DNA of 56,461 nucleotides, taken from NCBI GenBank assembly GCA_002269645.1, contig NIVC01004179.1:1-56461 (forward strand), read 5' to 3'. The DNA comes from Macrostomum lignano. Taxonomy: Eukaryota. The position numbers were made by a program, and so were the translations under genes. This document shows positions 49,534-56,461 of this stretch, piece by piece; position 1 is the stretch's first letter; every line of letters begins with the position of its first letter. Below the pieces are notes generated by a model. That model worked only from the letters and a program-made list of their open reading frames with translations. It did not search any database and was not told the DNA's origin.

Positions 49534-52460
49534 CTAAATTTTGGCACTCATTCTGGCGCCACAGGCACTCCTTTTGGCGCCACAGGTACTCATTTTAGCG
49601 CCGCAGGCACTCATTTTAGCGCCGCAGGCACTCATTTTGGCACCCCAGGCACTCCTTTTAGCGCCGCAGGCACTCATTTTAGCGCCGCGGGCACTCATTT
49701 TGGCACCCCAGGCACTCCTTTTGGCGCCGCAGGCACTCATTTTAGCGCCACAGGCACTGATTTTAGCGCCGCGGGCACTCATTTTGGCACCCCAGGCACT
49801 CCTTTTGGCGCCGCAAGCACTCATTTTAGCGCTGCAGGCACTCATTTTGGCATTCCTTTTAGCGCCGCAGGCACTCATTTTAGCGCTGCAGGCACTCATT
49901 TTGGCATTCCTTTTAGCGCCACTGGCACTCATTTTAGCGCTGCAGGCACTCATTTTAGCACTCCTTTTAGCGCCGCAGGCACTCATTTTAGCGCTGCAGG
50001 CACTCATTTTAGCACTCCTTTTAGCGCCGCAGGCACTCATTTTAGCGCTGCAGGCACTCATTTTGGCATTCCTTTTAGCGCCGCAGGCACTCATTTTAGC
50101 GCCACAGGCACTCATTTTAGCGCCGCAGCCACTCATTTTAGCGTCGCAGGCACTCATTTTAGCGCCGCAGGCACTCATTTTAGCGCCGCAGGCACTCATT
50201 TTAGCGCCGCAGGCACTCCTTTTGGCGCCACGGGCATTCCTTTTAGCGCCGCAGGCACTCATTTTAGCGCCACAGGCACTCCTTTTGGCGCCACAGGTAC
50301 TCATTTTAGCGCCACAGGCACTGATTTTAGCGCCGCGGGCACTCATTTTGGCACCCCAGGCACTCCTTTTAGCGCCGCAGGCACTCATTTTAGCGCCACA
50401 GGCACTGATTTTAGCGCCGCGGGCACTCATTTTGGCACCCCAGGCACTCCTTTTGGCGCCGCAAGCACTCATTTTAGCGCCGCAGGCACTCCTTTTGGCG
50501 CCGCAAGCACTCATTTTAGCGCCGCAGGCACTCCTTTTGGCGCCGCAGGCACTCATTTTAGCGCCGCAGGCACTCATTTTGGCGCCGCAGGCACTCATTT
50601 TAGCGCCGAAGGCACCCATTTTAGCGCCGAAGGCACTCATTTTAGCGCCGCAGGCACTCCTTTAGGCGCCACGGGCATTCATTTTAGCGCCCCAGGCACT
50701 CATTTTAGCGCCGCAGGCACTCATTTTAGCGCCGCAGGCACTCATTTTAGCGCCGCAGGCACTCATTATGGCACCCCAGGCACTCCTTTTGGCGCCGCAG
50801 GCACTCATTTTAGCGCCGCAGGCACTCCTTTTGGCGCCACGGGCATTCCTTTTAGCGCCGCAGGCACTCATTTTAGCGCTGCAGGCACTCATTTTGGCAT
50901 TCCTTTTAGCGCCGCTGGCACTCATTTTAGCGCTGCAGGCACTCATTTTAGCACTCCTTTTAGCGCCGCAGGCACTCATTTTAGCGCTGCAGGCACTCAT
51001 TTTGGCGCCGCAGGCACTCATTTTAGCGCCACAGGCACTCATTTTAGCGCCGCAGCCACTCATTTTAGCGTCGCAGGCACTCATTTTAGCGCCGCAGGCA
51101 CTCATTTTAGCGCCGCAGGCACTCATTTTAGCGCCGCAGGCACTCCTTTTGGCGCCACGGGCATTCCTTTTAGCGCCGCAGGCACTCATTTTAGCGCTGC
51201 AGGCACTCATTTTGGCATTTGAAGCGGCTCGCGTGCGGCGAGATGAAGACCGCTTGTCTTTTAATAAAGTGCTGCGGCTGGGCCTTTTACGGCTCGAGTT
51301 TATTTGGGCCATAGACAGTTTGAGCAGCAGTGGCTGGCTCTGTCAAAAGTACATGTGTCCGCTACACAACTCCCCCCAGAGCCAGACAATGTTGCTCTTG
51401 CATTGTGCTCGTCGGGAGCTCAGCTGCTGTGGCAACGGCTGGGTCGGCTGCGATTACTTTGCCACTAACGCAATGGAAACGACTGGGTTAGAAAAGGGTC
51501 ACCGGCAGTGGATGACCGGGTTGGGGCGTCTAAATTGGTAATGTGAAACTGTTAGTAGCACAGAAATCGAAAGCGTGCAGAGGCTGGCTCGATGGCGGGT
51601 GTTCAGGGACTGTCCAAAAGTGTGAGCACTTTGCTGCTGATAGATCGAGCTGCGAGCCGGTGGCGTTGTGGGCCAGTTGAGGTCATAGACACCAGCATCC
51701 TCGAGGCCGAGGGCAGCGGCAGCAGTGGATGGTTGAGCTGATGATGATGCTGCTGGTACGTATGCCATTGCCATTGTGGTGATCCGTCGGTAGCGTGGTG
51801 GGGCCTGCAGCGCAGAAAAGTGCACCGATGCTTCGTCCGACGTGTCCGCCTGTGCTGCTGGGACAAGGCGTTGCCGAGGTGAGCCGCATCGACGTCGCAG
51901 CGTCGGGTGGGGCGTTGCAAGCAAACTTTGGCAGGCGAGAGCCCCTTACCCGGAGTGCACTGCTCACCTACTGCATAACCGCAGTGACCAGGAATCGGTC
52001 ATGGTCACTTTGATGCGGCTCCAGTCAGAAGCGCTGAGCCGGATTTAGGGATCGAGGTGGACGATGGCTTTGGCTGGACTCGGAAGACCTGGTGGCCGAA
52101 ACTGTGACGAGGCAGCGGGCGAAAAGCTTGAAATACTCAGCTACGGCTGAGTATAGTCGGGCTCACCACTGAAGCGGCTCGCGTGCGGCGAGATGAAGAC
52201 CGCTTGTCTTTTAATAAAGTGCTGCGGCTGGGCCTTTTACGGCTCGAGTTTATTTGGGCCATAGACAGTTTGAGCAGCAGTGGCTGGCTCTGTCAAAAGT
52301 ACATGTGTCCGCTACACATTCCTTTTAGCGCCGCAGGCACTCATTTTAGCGCTGCAGGCACTCATTTTAGCGCCGCAGGCACTCCTTTTGGCGCCGCAGG
52401 CACTCATTTTAGCGCCGCAGGCACTCATTTTAGCGCCACAGGCACTCATTTCGGCGCCGA
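49534..52460. repeat. 21-bp tandem array (GCGCCGCAGGCACTCATTTTA and variants), interrupted at 51220-52316
   Basis: Direct reading. The APQALIL/AKMSACG ORFs are artefacts. Confidence 0.97.
51220..52316 (-). mobile_element. TRIM-like non-autonomous LTR retroelement (1097 bp; two identical 147-bp LTRs)
   Basis: LTRs at 51220-51366 and 52170-52316 with TG...CA ends; 4-bp TSD CATT (51216-19 and 52317-20); minus-strand PBS TGGTGAGCCCGAC (52168-52156); PPT GGGGGGAG (51377-51370); AATAAA within the LTR; no RT or integrase coding in the 803-bp interior. Confidence 0.93.
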
Positions 52461-54919
52461 AAGCGCTATATCTTGGCACCTTGAAGAAAATTTGTTGATT
52501 ACCACAACGACTCACAAGGTGGGGTGGAGGGGACAAAGCATTGGCATGTCCCCCCAAAGCTTTTACTGGGGGGGACATGTCCCCCCTGTCCCCCCGGTGG
52601 CGACGCGCCTGGATCCAACAAACGCGCTATTAAATTGTCTAGGGTTTCTGCACAAGCATCACCGCTAATTCACATAAGCTTGTAGCCGCTTCTGCTGTGT
52701 CGTCTAAAACTTACGAAATTTTTATAAGGAATTCTCTATATAAAACACTTTGAAAAAGAAGGGTCCTGTACAAAAAAGCTCACTACTCCTCTTAGAATGA
52801 AGATTGACAAAAATCGAGTTGTGCATCTTGTAACGGGATTGATTCTGTACAGGATGGCGAAAGACCAGCTTTCTACATTCAATTATAAATTCTGGGGAGC
52901 ACTAGAAAAAACCAGCTTCCAAATATTTTCTGCATGATTTGGCCGGTTTCCCATCCCTAGTTTAAGTAGTCCCTGCTCGGAGAACAATAAAAACCTGTAA
53001 CCAAGGGGCAGCAAGGAAACAGTGCGCAGTCATGAGCAAATTTCTCTAAGCATCGAGCTGATTTCAGAACCATATAGACGCGGGCTCATCAGGCCAGTGC
53101 TCACTTGCATTTTTTAGAAGACGTGTCCTCCGTGAGTTGGTCTCAATTTATTTGAGTCGGACGCGGGGCAGGAGAGCGAAGCAAATAGAAAAGCAGCTGC
53201 AAAGCTGTGGAAAAACTCTGCTGACAGTGGCAACCTGAAGAGAATTTCAATGCAGTGCTGATTATTATTTAAGGCACTCGAGAGGCCGCGTGGCTGCAAA
53301 GTGTGGCTGGCTGACAGGAAAGACGGTCGGGAAGAAAAGATTAACCAGGGTAGGGAGAGACAGCTCGCCTGAGGATGAGAAAAAAAGTTAAACAAGCAAC
53401 TTCGTTCTATTTGGCTCCCAAAAATTTGCTTCTGCCATGCACGAGCCAGCGCCATGGATGCGATGGTCATGGGGACACCTATGGTCTGGGGAAGATAGAG
53501 GGATTATAATCCCTGTGGCTGGAATCTCGGCCGGAACGCGTGATCCGTTCAATAGGGCCTGGCATATCGTGAAAAAAGCTGCAAACTGCGACCGCGTACA
53601 ATTTTTTTAGCAAACTGAAAAGGGCCAGAGACGCCGGGGCTGTAAATTAGACATTTCCTCCCTGCTCAGCCTCAATTCGCAAACAATTCCGCGGGTTGCT
53701 CAAGGCTCCGAGCTAGAAGTTTGAGCGAGCTGTATTTTAGCCTGAAAAGCAAGCGAGGAGGGAGGATGCGAGTCGCCGATAAAAAAGACATCGGTGGATT
53801 AAGATAAAACAAGAAGTGGCGCAGCAATTATCAATGCGGCATCGCTAATTTACTCAGCCTCCTCCCGGCCTGGGTCCGATCTTCTGCTCAAGAAATCCGC
53901 ATCCCTTCCTGCAGCACACGGGCGATGAAATCTAATAGGGACTGCAGGAGGGCATACAGATGGATAATAAATCGCAGCGCTAGCGGTGTCGTCTTATTGG
54001 GCTGGAGTGGATGAGAGCAAATGAGACACCGCAGCAAGCACTTGATAACGGCTAGGTACTAACGGCAATTTGTTTATGCCCAGCATCTTTCGCGAACACC
54101 GGGAGGAACGCAAATAACATGCAGCAAGCTTAGATTTTCCTTGCATCTCAAAAAATGATTTATATATAACCTATTAGCTCGTATATTGGCCCTGATGGAG
54201 TTCTCGAACCCCCCGGAACTGTAAGAAGTCACTTATGTACACAGTAAGAGGGCATATCCTGTGCAACAAATGTTATGATTTGAGTCTTGAAGAGTCCTGC
54301 TGGGCTCATTTTCATTTTTCATTTTCAATGAGAGAGGGGCTCGTTTTCGTGCGGGCGCTATTTTATTTGACTGTCCACCAAAACCAGCACCAAGGGTGAC
54401 GTTTAATTTCAAGGTACGCCACGTCGTTTGGAGGACGCCGATTTCATTTGAGGTGGTACCAGCCGTACTCTATTGTTGTTGTTCTTGCTGCCGCTGCAAT
54501 TGTTGTTGCTGTGTCGTTGTTGGCATAAACTAGAAATTCAATAGTGCATTAAAACTATACAAATCTCGAGATTTTTTTGCGTTTCGCCCAAAAGTTCAGT
54601 TTATAATTTCCAAGAAAAAACGACATGCATTTAATAGCAACAATTTCCTCGAGCATAGTTACGACTCACTTGATGTAATTATCAGCTCGACAGTCGATTG
54701 TCACAATTTGATTCTTTGCACAAACACGAGATACACCGAACAATATTTTCCTCTGCTACTTAGATTCGCTCCAACTATTGAAACCTCAAAGTGCATTCTA
54801 AGCGCTGAACAAAGCAGCCATCGTTGTTCATGAATGCTCTCTCAATATAAACACGAGACCGGCGTCTTTCGTCATCGACTTCCCAAAATTGGAGCAGATC
54901 CATGCTCGAAATGCTAGTC

Positions 54920-54990
54920 TACACCACCAACAAGACTTTGTTCAAAACAGAGGTAAAATGGTGTGTTCAATTCGATCAGACTGGGACAAT
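54920..54990. mobile_element. Relic of the same Tc1/mariner TIR family as 14327-15527
   Basis: AACAAGACTTTGTTCAAAACAGAGGTAAAATGGTG nearly matches the right TIR end at 15492-15527; it is preceded by TACACCA and followed by TTCAATTC and GGGACAATTTTG TIR pieces. Confidence 0.7.
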
Positions 54991-55734
54991 TTTGTTCCTA
55001 AAAAGCAAAGACCCTAGGATATACCATATTCGCCAATTTTAGTATCAATTTTACGCCTCTATTGGCTTCTATTATGGGGGTTGGTTTTCGCTGCTCTGTA
55101 TTGGCCGATGACAAGGTCAATTGTATACTGTCTAGGGTCATCCCCCGTTTATATTTAGCTCGTTTAGTATCGAAATAGAAAGCGTGGGGGGTAGCCTGCT
55201 AACTGATAAAATGCGCGCTCGCGAGCATCAATCGAAGCCAATTCTGCATTCATTCATTCATTCATTCAATCTATGGTTAAGCAAAGTTAGTTATAACTAG
55301 TTATATTCTCTTGCTTGTGAGTTTTGATCATTTTGCGCATTCGCCCAGTCTGTCCGATTCGTTTGATTGTTTCTGGAATCTTGGATTATGATAAACTGTG
55401 ATTGAACTTGTGAATGAACTGGAATGAGTATAGTGCGCCAAGTGATTTATACTTGGTTGGTACATTGACGCGTATTGGATTCATTCATCTGTTTATTGAA
55501 ATATTTAAAATTGGCGCTTTCACATTTTATTCTTCATTCTATGTCTATTTCAACTTTCAAATCCAACGTCTAATTAAATTCTTCGTCTTCCAGTCACTCG
55601 CCACTCTGCCCCCAAAAGCCCCAACCTCCCCCCCCCCCCCAAATCCTCTCGCTCGCTTCGCTTGGCCCCACCACCCAACACTGTACTTTCATTGATCGAT
55701 CGAAACCACTAAACTTCCACGCACGGCGATCTTT

Positions 55735-56035
55735 TAGCCTGTCTAATTAGCTAGCAAACCAATTTGATATCAAACGATGAACGCACAACGGTCCGTTGTA
55801 CGCACACAAGACAACGATGTGCGGTCGTTATTCGCTGTCTGTCTGTCTGTCTGTCTGTCCGTCCGTCCGTCCGTGTACAAACACGTTGCTCTCCACATCC
55901 AATTCCATACTATATAGACGGGCTAGGCTACCACAACGTTGTATTGGCCAACCTTCTCACTATCTATCTCTCTGACCCTCAATGAATTAAATGTGTCAGA
56001 CAGACAGACAGACACAAAAGAAGTGATTGTATTAT
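55735..56035. mobile_element. Possible Helitron/HINE-like non-autonomous fragments with (GTCY)n microsatellites
   Basis: A (TCTG)n(TCCG)n tract at 55835-55872 and an inverted (CAGA)n tract near 55996-56012. Element ends are not defined. Confidence 0.25.
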
Positions 56036-56214
56036 TAATTAACCTTTAGTTAAATTTGAATTCCAGCCACAGCCAACAGATCGACTATTTATTATAAGAG
56101 TTACAACTAATCCAACATCTAATAATCATGGATAATTGGCAACAACTTGACCATTGAACAAGTGAGTATATAAATATATGCCTGTTTATAATAACAGTTG
56201 TAAAGAATCCATAC

Positions 56215-56461
56215 CACTGGTGATGATTGGTGACTGGTGATGTGACTGTGGTGACTGGTGATGTGACTGCATTGACTAGTGATGTGACCGAGTTGATTGG
56301 TGATGTGACCCGACTGACTGGTGATGTGACCGAGTTGACTGGTGATGTGACCCGACTGACTGGTGATGTGACCGACGACTGATGTGATGTGACCGAGTTG
56401 ACTGGTGATGTGACTGACTGACTGGTGATGTGACCATGTTGACTGGTGATGTGACCAGACT
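56215..56461. repeat. Variable ~20-24-bp minisatellite built on GACTGGTGATGTGAC, runs off the window end
   Basis: Direct reading. Confidence 0.92.

Larger units (their letters stand above)
49467..52611. mobile_element. Non-autonomous MITE/HINE-like element carrying an internal tandem array
   Basis: GATC|CAGGC...GCCTG|GATC ends; subterminal inverted GGGGGGACA/TGTCCCCCC; perfect 18-bp palindrome GGGGGGACATGTCCCCCC at 52569-52586 near the right end. Confidence 0.6.

Noticed and set aside
49534-51312. Long ORFs on both strands (AKMSACG / APQALIL repeats)
   Set aside because: They are translations of a stop-free 21-bp tandem array inside a mobile element, with no coding evidence.

Overview
Eukaryotic, minisatellite-dense animal DNA. 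GC-rich Q/P-rich genes, short GT-AG introns and dense tandem arrays suggest a free-living flatworm such as Macrostomum (inference, not verified). Recognisable genes are: the 3' part of a Neto-like CUB-LDLa-TM gene (+, ~2.5-11.2 kb), a small orphan TM/poly-proline gene (+, ~16.0-17.4 kb), an INSM/Nerfin/EGL-46 zinc-finger gene (+, 46.6-47.8 kb), and a giant minus-strand gene (39094 to 20329, ~18.3 kb spliced, ~6,000 aa). The giant gene is midasin/Rea1-like in skeleton (six tandem AAA modules, acidic region, C-terminal vWA) but is rebuilt. It has an N-terminal region resembling the clathrin heavy-chain terminal propeller, alternating intact and degenerate AAA sites, a beta-strand-rich linker in place of the helical one, and two vWA-like domains with degenerate MIDAS motifs; this is the most interesting object in the window. 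Mobile DNA includes an internally deleted IS630-Tc1-mariner element with 227-bp TIRs, a MITE carrying a 21-bp tandem array into which a 1.1-kb TRIM-like LTR element with identical LTRs has inserted, and SINE/LINE fragments. Three unrelated genes show mostly one-base-missing frameshifts, most likely long-read assembly errors. All domain calls are by eye; no searches were run.
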